Shown here: positions 40,255-49,881 of the stretch, piece by piece
How positions within the stretch are numbered: the first letter of the stretch is position 1
How the letters are laid out: the number at the start of each line of letters is the position of its first letter
NCBI GenBank assembly: GCA_965227295.1
Contig: OZ245742.1
Location: 5,088,001 to 5,152,000 of the forward strand
DNA length: 64,000 nt
Direction of reading: 5' to 3'
DNA from: Leptonemataceae bacterium
GTDB taxonomy: Bacteria > Spirochaetota > Leptospiria > Leptospirales > Leptonemataceae
Made by a program: the position numbers and the translations under genes
Notes under the pieces: model-generated
Seen by the model: only the letters and a program-made list of their open reading frames with translations
Told to the model about the DNA's origin: nothing
Databases searched by the model: none

Positions 40255-40270
40255 TGCACTAATCATACCA
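40255..40270 (-). promoter_or_regulatory. Sigma54-type -24/-12 promoter candidate
   Basis: Minus strand TGGTATGATTAGTGCA (GG-N10-GC), about 35 nt upstream of the porin start. Confidence 0.5.
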
Positions 40271-40648
40271 GGCCGTATGTCAAACGAATGCAGCCTGATT
40301 CTGCACAATTCATAGTCAGATTGACCGATTGTCAAAGCGAATGATGCAGTACGCTTAAATATTTTGCACTTTTTTTGTGTGAATTGCCCGGAATGCGGGC
40401 AGGCGTGGCGAACGCGAACTAATGAAACCTCTATTATGTCGCGGGACGGCCGGAGCTATTTTTTACGCATTTTCCGAAAAAAGGAGGCATTTTCACGAAA
40501 ACGGGCCCTGTGCACCGCAAAACTGCCTGGCGCGGCGCATTACGTCGCATCTTTCCTGGACGACTGTTCATCAATTTTGTTGCAGCAAAGACCGATTTTA
40601 CAGATACGCGGAATACAGCACCTTCGCTCTCCCGGACACAACCACATT

Positions 40649-41848
40649 ATGGAACACATTGTAGATCACGACCGCGATCTCGAGATCGTCTACGAGACCG
40701 AGAAGATCAATTACCTGCTCAAGCGGCACCTGGCCAATCGCACCATGTACGTGAAAGGCTTCGATCCGCCCTATCCCGTTAAGGTTGCCGGTTTCAACGA
40801 TCTCAACGTGCTCTCCGTGGACATGGGCGGGCACTGTGAACCGGACAAAGACGAAGAGATCGTGCTCTTTCGCATTCTCGGGCGTTACCTGCATCTGAGC
40901 TGCCTGGTTCTCGGGCCGACGGGCCAGGGCAATCTCTACACCCTCACCGTACAATCCGCCGGCATTGCGCGCACGGAACGCAAGAACCTGCGCATCCCCG
41001 TAAACAACGACGAATGTCACATTACGAACATTCGCACCAGCAAACATACGATCGACGCAACCTTGTTCAACGTGCCGACTTCCGTGAAGGTCGCCTTCTC
41101 CACGTTCGAACAGCAACTGCGCGCGCAGGAGGCCGGCGCCGAAATCAAGATCGACGTCTTCGGCAAACGCGGCACGATCCTCGACGAGGTCCGCAAGCAC
41201 GGCAAGGCCCTGCTCATTTCGGATACCCAGGATGCGAACGCCTACGGCAACGAAGGCCGCGAGGACCACTACATCGACTACGCCGAATACCTGGACGACG
41301 AGCTGCGGGAAAAGATGATCGAGTACCAGCGGCAGAAGATCGTCTCCGAGGTGATCGTGCCGATCAATTACATCACCCACGACATGTCCTCGATTCCGCT
41401 GGGGTTCATCCAGCTGACCTCGCAGAAGGAACACTACGACGAAACGAAGGTCGCGCAACTCATGTCCATCGCGAACCAGCTCGTCAAACGCATTCGGGAC
41501 TCGAACACCGTCGTCATTCAGGAGCGCCAGGAGGTCGTGAATCTTTCCCAGGGCGGCCTCAAGGTCCGCATCCAGCACGAGGAACTGAAAGATTATCTCA
41601 TGCGCCAGCAGGGTTTCACGTTTGATCTCTACTTTAAGATGCAGGCGCCCATCACCCTGCACGCCATGATTCGCTCGGCCTACTTCGCCCCGTCCGGCGA
41701 TCTGACATTGGGCCTGCAAATTTCCGGCACGGGCTCCGGCAAAGAGATGCTCAAACGTTTCGCCCACAACCTGGCGGGCATGGAAGCGAAGCTGCGGGAC
41801 AACCTGGCGAAACGCCAGGCCGCGAACAAGGGCGGCGGGTCGTCGTAG
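40649..41848 (+). CDS. DUF1577-like protein (GAF-like middle, PilZ-like C-terminus)
   Basis: SEVIVPINY...PLGFIQL and VNLSQGGLKV motifs; start placed at MEHIVD. Confidence 0.7.
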   Translation: MEHIVDHDRDLEIVYETEKINYLLKRHLANRTMYVKGFDPPYPVKVAGFNDLNVLSVDMGGHCEPDKDEEIVLFRILGRYLHLSCLVLGPTGQGNLYTLTVQSAGIARTERKNLRIPVNNDECHITNIRTSKHTIDATLFNVPTSVKVAFSTFEQQLRAQEAGAEIKIDVFGKRGTILDEVRKHGKALLISDTQDANAYGNEGREDHYIDYAEYLDDELREKMIEYQRQKIVSEVIVPINYITHDMSSIPLGFIQLTSQKEHYDETKVAQLMSIANQLVKRIRDSNTVVIQERQEVVNLSQGGLKVRIQHEELKDYLMRQQGFTFDLYFKMQAPITLHAMIRSAYFAPSGDLTLGLQISGTGSGKEMLKRFAHNLAGMEAKLRDNLAKRQAANKGGGSS

Positions 41849-41856
41849 ATCTTACT

Positions 41857-42441
41857 TCACGAATCGACGAAGTCGCTTTTCGTAAACAGCGAGTGCAACG
41901 TCACCCCGTGCTGCGCCAGGTTTTCACGCCCGCCCTCCTCGCGATCCACGATGCAGATGCCGTGCTCTAACTTGAGGCCGGCAAACCTTAAGGCCTCCAC
42001 CGCTTTCAGCGAGGCGCCGCCGGTGGTGACCACATCGTCGATGAGCAGGACCTCGCCGCCGGTGAAGGCGTCCAGCTCGCCCTCAATGCGCCGACCGGTG
42101 CCGTGTTGCTTCTGCTCTTTGCGCACGACGATGGGATAGACCGTCGTACCTTTTTCGCGATAGGCCAGGGACAGGGCAAAGGCGATGGGATCCGAACCCA
42201 GGGTCAAACCGCCGACGCCGGCGGGCGGGACGGCGGCGAAGGCGGAGATTCCGGGAATGAGCTCGTCACGCATGGCCGCGGCCATGCGCGCCAGATACTC
42301 CGGATGCATGGTAATTTTCTTGCAATTGAAGTAATGATGCGACGTTTTCCCGGAGGACAACGTAAACGGTTCTTCGCTATAGCGATAGATGCGATCTTTC
42401 GTGTCGGCGTAGAGTTGCTGCGTGATGGTGCCTGAAATCAT
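41857..42441 (-). CDS. pyrE: Orotate phosphoribosyltransferase
   Basis: FTLSSGKTSHHYFNCK, VRKEQKQHGTGRRIEG, PRPP motif LLIDDVVTTGGA, IVDREEGG. Start uncertain. Confidence 0.92.
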   Translation of the reverse strand: MISGTITQQLYADTKDRIYRYSEEPFTLSSGKTSHHYFNCKKITMHPEYLARMAAAMRDELIPGISAFAAVPPAGVGGLTLGSDPIAFALSLAYREKGTTVYPIVVRKEQKQHGTGRRIEGELDAFTGGEVLLIDDVVTTGGASLKAVEALRFAGLKLEHGICIVDREEGGRENLAQHGVTLHSLFTKSDFVDS

Positions 42442-44188
42442 GTCGTCGTTCCTGAAAAACTTGAGAGCTGCCTGGTCGTTGGAGGAGCCCGCGCCGCGTC
42501 CCGGCGCCGGAGCGCTGATCGGCCTCGCGGCCGTAAGCGGCGCGCTGGGCATGTTCGGCATGGCCCCGTTTCCGGAAATGCTGCGCCCCGTGGCCGCGGT
42601 GTTGCATTTGTGGCCGCTCTTTTACTTTGCCGAACGTCTCCGGGACTCCCTTCCTCGATTGCTCGTCGCGGGCCTGCTGTCTTCTTTTTTTTGCTCGCTG
42701 TTCGCCTTTCACTGGTTCACGTTCACAATCCGCAGCTTCGGCGATCTGCCGCTGCCCGCGGCCTTCGCGATCTTTCTCGTCATCGCCTTCTTCTTTCAAC
42801 TGAAGTTCCCGATGTTCGTCGTACTCTTCGGCCTGGCCCGGCGCGACTTCGGCCGCCGCCGGCTGCGGCCGGCCTGGTTCGTAGCCGGCCTGCTCTGTGC
42901 CCTGGTCGATCTTTCCGTGCCGCAGCTCTTTCCCTGGTACTGGGGCAATCTATTGGCCGGCAGCAAGGCCTTCGCCCAGCTCGCCGAGTACGGCGGCGCG
43001 AGCGGCCTGTCGTTCCTGCTCGGCGCCGGTTCGTACTGGAGCTATCGCTGCGTCGAAGATTTGCGGCTCGGGCGCGCTCCTTTAAGTTTATCCGTTCGGA
43101 CATTAGCGTTTCCCGTCGCCCTGCTCATCCTCTTCGTACTCGGCGAGGTTCGTTACTACGGTTATCAGGCTTATCAGAAAAACCTGCCCACCGTCACCGT
43201 GGCCGTGCTGCAACCGCTGGCTCCGCTGGAGCTCCAGCCCATCACCCCCCGACGCGAACGGGCGGCGCTCACTTTAATAGAAGAAATCATACCGGAACTT
43301 GCAAACCAGACGGCCGGCCATGCTCCGCGGCTTATCGTCCTGCCGGAATCCGGCGTGCCCTACTACACCACGAACGACTTTTATCTGAACCGCCGCCGGG
43401 ACGTCTATCGACCGGAGTACCGGCGCATGGCGGAAGAGATTGCCGCGGAGCACAACGCGGCGCTCATTCTCAACGAAGTCAACTTTCGCGTCGGCGAGGC
43501 CGGTGACACGATCCGCGCGGAGGCCATGAACTCGGCGGCCCTGTTTCGACCGCGAGCGCAGGACGACGAGATCCGCGGCGAACGCGCGGCGGAGTATCAC
43601 AAAAGACGCCTGCTGGCCTTCGGCGAGTACGTGCCCGGCGAGGCCTGGTGGCAGGCCCTGGGACTCACCCCGTTCCTGCCGTCGTTTTTGCAACGGTCGC
43701 GCTTTTACCCGGGGCCGGAAGCACATACTTTACAATACCGCGAAGCCGGCGAAACCGGCAGCGGCAAACTGTTACCGACAATATGTTACGAGATCATCTT
43801 TCCCGATTACGTGCGTCGTTTTGATCAGGCAACCCGCGACGCCGAGTTGCTCGTGAATCTAACCCAGGACGGTTGGTACGGGAATACCTTCGAAACCTAT
43901 CAGCACCTGGAACTGGGACGCCTGCGGGCCATCGAACTGCGCCGGTCGCTCGTGCGCGCGAACAACAACGGCGTCAGTGTTTTCATCGACATGACCGGAC
44001 AACCTATCGAACCCCGGCTCGGCCCGCGCCGAAGTTCGTTTGGGGAACGCGCCGTCATGGTGGCGCGGGTTCCGGTGCACGTCCCGGCGCCGACGCTGTA
44101 TGCGCGCCTGGGTGATTGGTGGCTGGCGGGAGCGGTGGTGGTGTTGATTTTTCTTGTGTTAATCGGAATATTTCGATCGCGCAATTAA
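42440..44188 (+). CDS. lnt: Apolipoprotein N-acyltransferase
   Basis: N-terminal TMs, PQLFPW, LPES, YHKRRLLAFGEYVP, ICYEIIF, NLTQDGWYG, RANNNGVS. Confidence 0.92.
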   Translation: MSSFLKNLRAAWSLEEPAPRPGAGALIGLAAVSGALGMFGMAPFPEMLRPVAAVLHLWPLFYFAERLRDSLPRLLVAGLLSSFFCSLFAFHWFTFTIRSFGDLPLPAAFAIFLVIAFFFQLKFPMFVVLFGLARRDFGRRRLRPAWFVAGLLCALVDLSVPQLFPWYWGNLLAGSKAFAQLAEYGGASGLSFLLGAGSYWSYRCVEDLRLGRAPLSLSVRTLAFPVALLILFVLGEVRYYGYQAYQKNLPTVTVAVLQPLAPLELQPITPRRERAALTLIEEIIPELANQTAGHAPRLIVLPESGVPYYTTNDFYLNRRRDVYRPEYRRMAEEIAAEHNAALILNEVNFRVGEAGDTIRAEAMNSAALFRPRAQDDEIRGERAAEYHKRRLLAFGEYVPGEAWWQALGLTPFLPSFLQRSRFYPGPEAHTLQYREAGETGSGKLLPTICYEIIFPDYVRRFDQATRDAELLVNLTQDGWYGNTFETYQHLELGRLRAIELRRSLVRANNNGVSVFIDMTGQPIEPRLGPRRSSFGERAVMVARVPVHVPAPTLYARLGDWWLAGAVVVLIFLVLIGIFRSRN

Positions 44189-44205
44189 TGTCGCCGTGAA
44201 CGAAG

Positions 44206-44529
44206 TCAGGAACTGCTGAAATCTGATTTCCGAGGCCGGCTCTTCATAGTTACCGTCGCACCACTATCCCGAGAGCTTGTCAGCAAGCAGGTGGCATGCA
44301 GCGTGGCTTTTCCTGCGTGGATGACCGCATCTTTAAGTCCACTACGGTGCGTTACTTCCGTAAATAAATCGACGAAGCCATTCATCTGCTTTCCGCCGGT
44401 TACCGCTGCGCGTTGGCCGTAATCCTTTTTGCCGCGTCTCTTTCCCTGGTGCTTGCCCTGGTCCAGCCGGGTCGCCCAAAACTGACTGATTGCTCGACGT
44501 AAGGCTTCTTCCTCCCGCTCCATAAACAA
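44206..44529 (-). pseudogene. PaeR7I/XhoI-family type II restriction endonuclease, N-terminal fragment
   Basis: AISQFWATR...DYGQRAAVTGGKQMNGFVDL...SGL; resemblance stops after about 75 aa. Confidence 0.7.
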
Positions 44530-44535
44530 AAACTT

Positions 44536-44742
44536 TCAGGCTGAGAGCTCGATAACGAGATAACACTGAGGAGCCGCATGCAAGGGGACGACGGTATGCT
44601 CGCCCTTGTTCTTGCGACGCGAGAGGCAAACATCGCCAACAACACAAATCAGACGGCCTCCGGGAACGAGCGCATTATAGCAGTTCGCCCAAACCCGGTC
44701 GAGCTGATCAAGGAAGTCATCCCGTATCCGACATAATGTCAT
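44536..44742 (-). pseudogene. N4/N6 DNA methyltransferase, internal fragment
   Basis: DDFLDQLDRVWANCYNALVPGGRLICVVGDVCLSRR...HTVVPLHA; catalytic and SAM-binding motifs absent. Confidence 0.75.
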
Positions 44743-44873
44743 GCTATCGATTTGTGTAGGGTATTCAACTCATTTCCGTAGATATCCCGCGTAATATGCC
44801 CGGCAGCACGCCGTAATCAGGTTCGCGCTCGCCATAACACATCAGATGACTTATCTTCCATTTACACCATTCC

Positions 44874-47105
44874 ATGCCCCAAACACCCTCACGCCGTAGG
44901 CCGTCACCGCAAGGACTCGGCACCGCCCCCGTTTTCTTCGCCGCCATCGGCACCATCCTCGGCGCCATCATGTTTCTGCGCATGGGTTACTCGGTGGCCC
45001 ACGTCGGTCTTCTGGGAACCTTCGGCATTTTAATTCTTGGCCATCTCGTTACGATTCCCACGGCCATGGCCATTGCCGAAATTGCGACGAACGAAAAAGT
45101 CGAAGGTGGCGGCGAGTACTACATCATCTCACGATCCTTCGGACTGTCCATCGGCGCGGCCATCGGCGTCGGCCTGTATGCGTCCCAGGCCATCAGTGTT
45201 GCGTTCTATCTCATTGCGTTTGCGCAGGTCTTCGAACCGGTCTTTGCCGTGCTGCGCGAGAGTACCGGACTGCCGATCCACGACCTGCGCTTTGTCAGCA
45301 TTCCCTCGCTCATCATCCTGTCGCTGATCATGTTCACCCGCGGCGCGGACATGGGCACCACCATGCTCTACGGCATCGTCGGTATGCTCAGTGTCGCGAT
45401 CGTTTTGTTTTTCCTGGGCAGCACGGAGTACGAAGCGGGCAATCAGTACTACCTGCAAACCGTGGAGGAGCCCGACGACTTCTTTCAGGTTTTCGCCGTC
45501 ATCTTTCCCGCCTTTACCGGTATGACCATGGGCGTGGGGCTCTCCGGCGACCTGGCCCGGCCGCGACGTTCCATTCCCCTGGGAACCCTGGGCGCAACGC
45601 TCACCGGCCTGTTGGTCTACGGTTTCATCGCCTATAAGCTCGCCGTTTCTGCGGACCCGCAAACTCTCGATGCAAAGCAGTTAGTAATGAGCGACATCGC
45701 CCTCTGGGGGCCCGCCATCTTAATCGGACTCGGTTGCGCGGCGATGTCCTCGGCCCTGAGTTCGTTGATGGTGGCCCCGCGGACGCTCCAGGCCCTGGCG
45801 AAAGACCGTGTGCTGTTTACCGGCCGCGCCGGACGTTTCCTGCGTCGCACGAACTCCGACAGCGACGAGCCCCGGGGCGCGCTCCTGCCCACCGTGCTGA
45901 TCGCCTTCGCCTTCGTCAGCCTGGGCGACGTTAACATCGTCGCAGGCATTATTACGATGTTCTTTATGGTGATCTACGGGACGCTGTGCATCATTTCGTT
46001 TTTGCATCACTTCGCCTCGGATCCTTCGTATCGTCCGGCCTTTCGATCGCGCTGGTACATCTCGCTGCTCGGCGCCGTGTGCTGCGTTTATTTCATGTTT
46101 CGCATCAACGCAGTCTACGCCGGCCTGTCCGTCGCGGCGATGGTGCTGATCTACATCCTGGTGCGCAAAGCGGAGGATGAACGCGGCCTCGCGGCGCTCT
46201 TTGAAGGCGCCCTGCAACAAACGGTCAACCTGTTGCAGATTCGCATTCAAAAGGCCGGCCGGCGGCGCCGAAGTCGGTGGCGCCCGGCTGTGATCTGTCT
46301 GTCTTCGCGCAGCTTTCAGAGCTACGACGCCCTCGATCTCTTGCGCTGGACGGCTCATCGCCACGGCTTCGCGACCTACATTCATTTGATTCAGGGTTAT
46401 CTTTCGAAGGCCAACGCGCGCAAAGCGGACCAGTCCACCGAACGCCTGGTGGATATGGGCAATCAGAGCCGCAGCAACGTGTACTTCACTTCGATGGTCA
46501 GCCCTTCGTATACGTCGGCCCTCGCCCAGGTCCTGCAAATCCCGGGCATCTCCGGGCGACCGAACAACACGATCCTCTTCGATTTTGACCGCGAAGACGC
46601 CGGGGAACTACCGGTCCTGGCCGAGAACTTTAATTTGATCAAAACGCGCGGCTTCGACGTTTTGATGTTAGGTTGCACGCAGCGAAAGTTTGGATACCGT
46701 CGCGAAATAGACGTGTGGATCACGGACAAAGACGATCACAACGTGGAGCTCATGATCCTGCTCGCCTACGTTATTCTCGGCCACCCGGAATGGATGCGCG
46801 GTCGCATTCACATCAAAACGATCTGCCAGGCCAGCGAACAGCAGAGCCGACGCGAACAACTGGAAAACATGATCGAATCCGGGCGCCTGCCGATCTCGCC
46901 GCGCCACCTTAACGTCATTGAAAAAAAGAAAGGCGTCCCGCTCCAGGACATCATCAACGCCCACTCGGCCAGGGCGGATCTGACGATCCTCGGCTTTCGC
47001 GGCGCGCGCTTTCTGCACGAGGACAACTTCGAGTACTTCCGCGGTTATCCCGACGTCGGCAACATGCTCTTCGTGAATACGATGCAACGCAAGGCCCTGG
47101 GCTGA
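44874..47105 (+). CDS. APC-superfamily, cation-chloride cotransporter (SLC12)-like permease
   Basis: ILGAIMFLR, GGGEYYIISRSFG, FAVIFPAFTG...SGDL, APRTLQALAKD, YRPAF; cytoplasmic C-terminal domain. Confidence 0.88.
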   Translation: MPQTPSRRRPSPQGLGTAPVFFAAIGTILGAIMFLRMGYSVAHVGLLGTFGILILGHLVTIPTAMAIAEIATNEKVEGGGEYYIISRSFGLSIGAAIGVGLYASQAISVAFYLIAFAQVFEPVFAVLRESTGLPIHDLRFVSIPSLIILSLIMFTRGADMGTTMLYGIVGMLSVAIVLFFLGSTEYEAGNQYYLQTVEEPDDFFQVFAVIFPAFTGMTMGVGLSGDLARPRRSIPLGTLGATLTGLLVYGFIAYKLAVSADPQTLDAKQLVMSDIALWGPAILIGLGCAAMSSALSSLMVAPRTLQALAKDRVLFTGRAGRFLRRTNSDSDEPRGALLPTVLIAFAFVSLGDVNIVAGIITMFFMVIYGTLCIISFLHHFASDPSYRPAFRSRWYISLLGAVCCVYFMFRINAVYAGLSVAAMVLIYILVRKAEDERGLAALFEGALQQTVNLLQIRIQKAGRRRRSRWRPAVICLSSRSFQSYDALDLLRWTAHRHGFATYIHLIQGYLSKANARKADQSTERLVDMGNQSRSNVYFTSMVSPSYTSALAQVLQIPGISGRPNNTILFDFDREDAGELPVLAENFNLIKTRGFDVLMLGCTQRKFGYRREIDVWITDKDDHNVELMILLAYVILGHPEWMRGRIHIKTICQASEQQSRREQLENMIESGRLPISPRHLNVIEKKKGVPLQDIINAHSARADLTILGFRGARFLHEDNFEYFRGYPDVGNMLFVNTMQRKALG

Positions 47106-47193
47106 GCGGCGCGTCGCCGGACAACGACGCGTCGTTCATTGAAAATTCCGCGCTTGACCGCGCTACCGACGCCGCGCATTTTTTGCAATCCCC

Positions 47194-48009
47194 ATGGCTG
47201 CATCGCGCGATCTTCCCGACTACGAACGTTTCGAGTTTTATTATAACGACACCGCGTATCCCGTCTATCGCGGCGGCGACGGCCCCGCGGTGATCGTCAT
47301 CCACGAACTGCCGGGCTTGATGCCGGAGACCGTAGCGCTGGCGGAGCGTCTACGCGCGGCGGGTTACGCTGTCTACCTGCCGCTCTTCTTCGGCCGGCCC
47401 GGCAAGTCGTTCTCCGGTCCGTCGACCGCCGCTTACACTCTGCGACTGTGCATCAGCCGGGAGTTCTACATGCTGAAACGCCGGCGCACGAGTCCGGTGG
47501 TGGACTGGTTGCGTGCGCTATGCCGCCACGCCCACGATGCCTGCGGCGGACGCGGCGTGGGGGCCATCGGTATGTGTCTCAGCGGCGGCTTCGTTATTCC
47601 CATGATGCTGGAGCCGGCCCTGCTTGCCCCGGTGGTTTCCCAGCCGTCGTTGCCTGGCTGTGTCCTTCCGGGAGATCGGCTGTCGTGCGCACGGTCGTTG
47701 GATTGTTCGCCGGAAGATTTGCTGCATGTCAAAGAACGATTGCGCCAGGAAGATCTTACAATCCTGGGCTTTAAGTTCTCCCATGATCGCCTCTCTCCGA
47801 ACGAACGCTTCGACCGCCTGCGCGACGAGTTCGGCGAGGCCTTCGTTCCCATGGTCATCGACTCCGGGCCGGACAACGAACACGGCTATCCGGAATCCCA
47901 CCACGCCGTGCTGACGGTCCACTACGACGACAGCCCCGGCACACCCACACGAGACGCCATGGATCGCGTGTTAGAGTTTTTTCAGAAGCGATTAGTGCTT
48001 AAGGATTAG
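47194..48009 (+). CDS. Dienelactone hydrolase family protein
   Basis: GPAVIVIHELPG, GAIGMCLSGG (Cys nucleophile elbow), HAVLT. Confidence 0.85.
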   Translation: MAASRDLPDYERFEFYYNDTAYPVYRGGDGPAVIVIHELPGLMPETVALAERLRAAGYAVYLPLFFGRPGKSFSGPSTAAYTLRLCISREFYMLKRRRTSPVVDWLRALCRHAHDACGGRGVGAIGMCLSGGFVIPMMLEPALLAPVVSQPSLPGCVLPGDRLSCARSLDCSPEDLLHVKERLRQEDLTILGFKFSHDRLSPNERFDRLRDEFGEAFVPMVIDSGPDNEHGYPESHHAVLTVHYDDSPGTPTRDAMDRVLEFFQKRLVLKD

Positions 48010-48161
48010 CAATCCAGCCTGCCATTAGCGAGCATCCGCCCCGGGTCTTTGCGGGGTCGCGCGGGCTAACACAATTCTCACGGCCGCCGTTAAGTTATTC
48101 TGTAAGATTATTAAGCGGCAAGTCGTCGAATGCAATTGCCGTGTTTCGACGGCGCCCCGCA

Positions 48162-48593
48162 ATGATCGATCAAAAGATTATCAATAAGTATCTCGATTTC
48201 AGAGACGACTACGGAAGGGCCTGGCATGAGCAGCCGCCCGGTGAAGCGGAGTACTGCAATCGGCCGGCGGAGGTGGCACAAAAAACGCGACAATTGCTTG
48301 AAGACATGCTGAAAGACATCGCGAAGGCCCCGGCCGAATGGCCGGAAGAGCTGGTCAGTCAGATCGAGAAGAATACGGATGCGTACAAGGCTGCGATCAA
48401 CTTCTATGATGTAGGCATTGCAATTATTGATCATGCCCTAAAAAAAGAGAGTCGTCACGAGTATTTTAAGCGTAGTATCCGGTACAAACTGAAAGCGGAT
48501 CACGGATACTACGTCCTGCACGGCGGGTTGCGCTTTTTTTCGCGACAAATATTCACACGACGAACCCCGACCCTGGCGCCGCAAGATCGGTGA
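48162..48593 (+). CDS. Hypothetical protein
   Basis: Plausible helical ORF in a lower-GC segment; no recognised motif. Confidence 0.4.
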   Translation: MIDQKIINKYLDFRDDYGRAWHEQPPGEAEYCNRPAEVAQKTRQLLEDMLKDIAKAPAEWPEELVSQIEKNTDAYKAAINFYDVGIAIIDHALKKESRHEYFKRSIRYKLKADHGYYVLHGGLRFFSRQIFTRRTPTLAPQDR

Positions 48594-48659
48594 CGAACTC
48601 AAAGCCCTCTGCATCCTGCCCGGGATCATTCGCGATTTCTGGTTGCGCGGTTTTTTCAA

Positions 48660-49436
48660 ATGCTTGCGGTGGCTCCAGCAACTCTGGTTTCGTATCTATT
48701 TTTTACGCGGCACTCTGGAAATTCCACGTCGGCGCGAAAAGCGGGCGCCAGCACGGAAATCGCCTCCGGCTATCAGGGGGCGACGCCCATCAGCGCCGAC
48801 TACTTCCAGCGACTTTCATCGTTACGGAACATGGTTAAGCCTTCTTCGGCCCAATTTACGTCCTACACGGAAGCTGATCGCACGCGCCGCATCAAAGAGT
48901 TTCAGGCCAACCTGGAAAACGCCCTGACGTATCTCTTTTCAATTTACATCTTCGCCGGCACTTTCACGTTTGCGCTGTTTCAGCTCGGCAAGAGTCAATC
49001 AGAACTCTTCACGCGTTCCCTGCGTAAGAGCACCTTTGTGCCTTTCGGTTTCGCGTTCTTTATCCTCACCATGACAACGCTTGCGATCATGTGGGCGAGG
49101 ATCCCTCCGGACGAATTCCTCGTTTCGCAAATTCTCTACGGCATTCTGGTGACAATCGGCACGGCAATAGTTGCTTTGCTCTGGTTGGTGAAAGCAGTGC
49201 GCTTTTTCGGCCTCGGGTTACTACTCCGGGAAACAAACCGAGAAATCAGGAGCCATCTGAGCAGATTAAGTTACGTTCAGGGAACTCTGAGTGCCATCTA
49301 TCCGTACGCCCGCCCGAATACCTACGGCGCATTGAGACAACTATATCTACATCCTAACGCGGATTTCTTTCATCATGATGCACGAACTTCGCGAGCAAAA
49401 AGCAACCCGCATTCATTCCAGCAATACGGCCGTTGA
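48660..49436 (+). CDS. Hypothetical membrane protein (possibly fragment)
   Basis: Three hydrophobic segments; overlaps the next ORF, possible frameshift. Confidence 0.4.
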   Translation: MLAVAPATLVSYLFFTRHSGNSTSARKAGASTEIASGYQGATPISADYFQRLSSLRNMVKPSSAQFTSYTEADRTRRIKEFQANLENALTYLFSIYIFAGTFTFALFQLGKSQSELFTRSLRKSTFVPFGFAFFILTMTTLAIMWARIPPDEFLVSQILYGILVTIGTAIVALLWLVKAVRFFGLGLLLRETNREIRSHLSRLSYVQGTLSAIYPYARPNTYGALRQLYLHPNADFFHHDARTSRAKSNPHSFQQYGR

Positions 49437-49875
49437 ACCAGCGCTGTATACGAACTCCTATCGACTGTTGTTGCATACATTGAGCTACGGGCTCCCCCGC
49501 AAATTGGATATGATTCCGGGAATCGTCGGCCACATCCTTGAGGATGTGCGCAAACCGGAAACAAACGGTGACCGGCGCCGACGTCTGTGCATAGCGATCA
49601 GTGAAGAACTGCATAATCCGAACGTTCCGCTTGAGCAGGCCCCCGCGTATCACACGCTTTTGAAAATCATTGCGTGGATACTCGCAGAAGAATTCCCGGG
49701 CGACACGAAGCTTCGCGCCCTCGTCGGCGATCTACCGAACCGCCAGGACATCCACTGCGCTGTGCTTCTCGAAAAGCTGCGCGACATCGCACTCATCGCC
49801 CCTCACCTCGAACGCATCGAACCGCCGAAGGAAGCGAAAAAATCATCGCAACCACGCTGCTGGTTTTCATGTTAA
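49375..49875 (+). CDS. Hypothetical protein (possibly continuation of previous ORF)
   Basis: ORF only. Confidence 0.3.
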   Translation: MMHELREQKATRIHSSNTAVEPALYTNSYRLLLHTLSYGLPRKLDMIPGIVGHILEDVRKPETNGDRRRRLCIAISEELHNPNVPLEQAPAYHTLLKIIAWILAEEFPGDTKLRALVGDLPNRQDIHCAVLLEKLRDIALIAPHLERIEPPKEAKKSSQPRCWFSC

Positions 49876-49881
49876 GACAAT

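Noticed and set aside
40364..40648. Long N-terminal extensions in the ORF track (also 53158..53427, 30975..31202, 26577..26717)
   Set aside because: They overlap neighbouring genes or promoters; downstream ATGs give better signal peptides or gene coupling.
48062..48095. GCTAAC...GTTAAG resembling an integron attC core
   Set aside because: Too short, no internal L-box pairing, no integrase.
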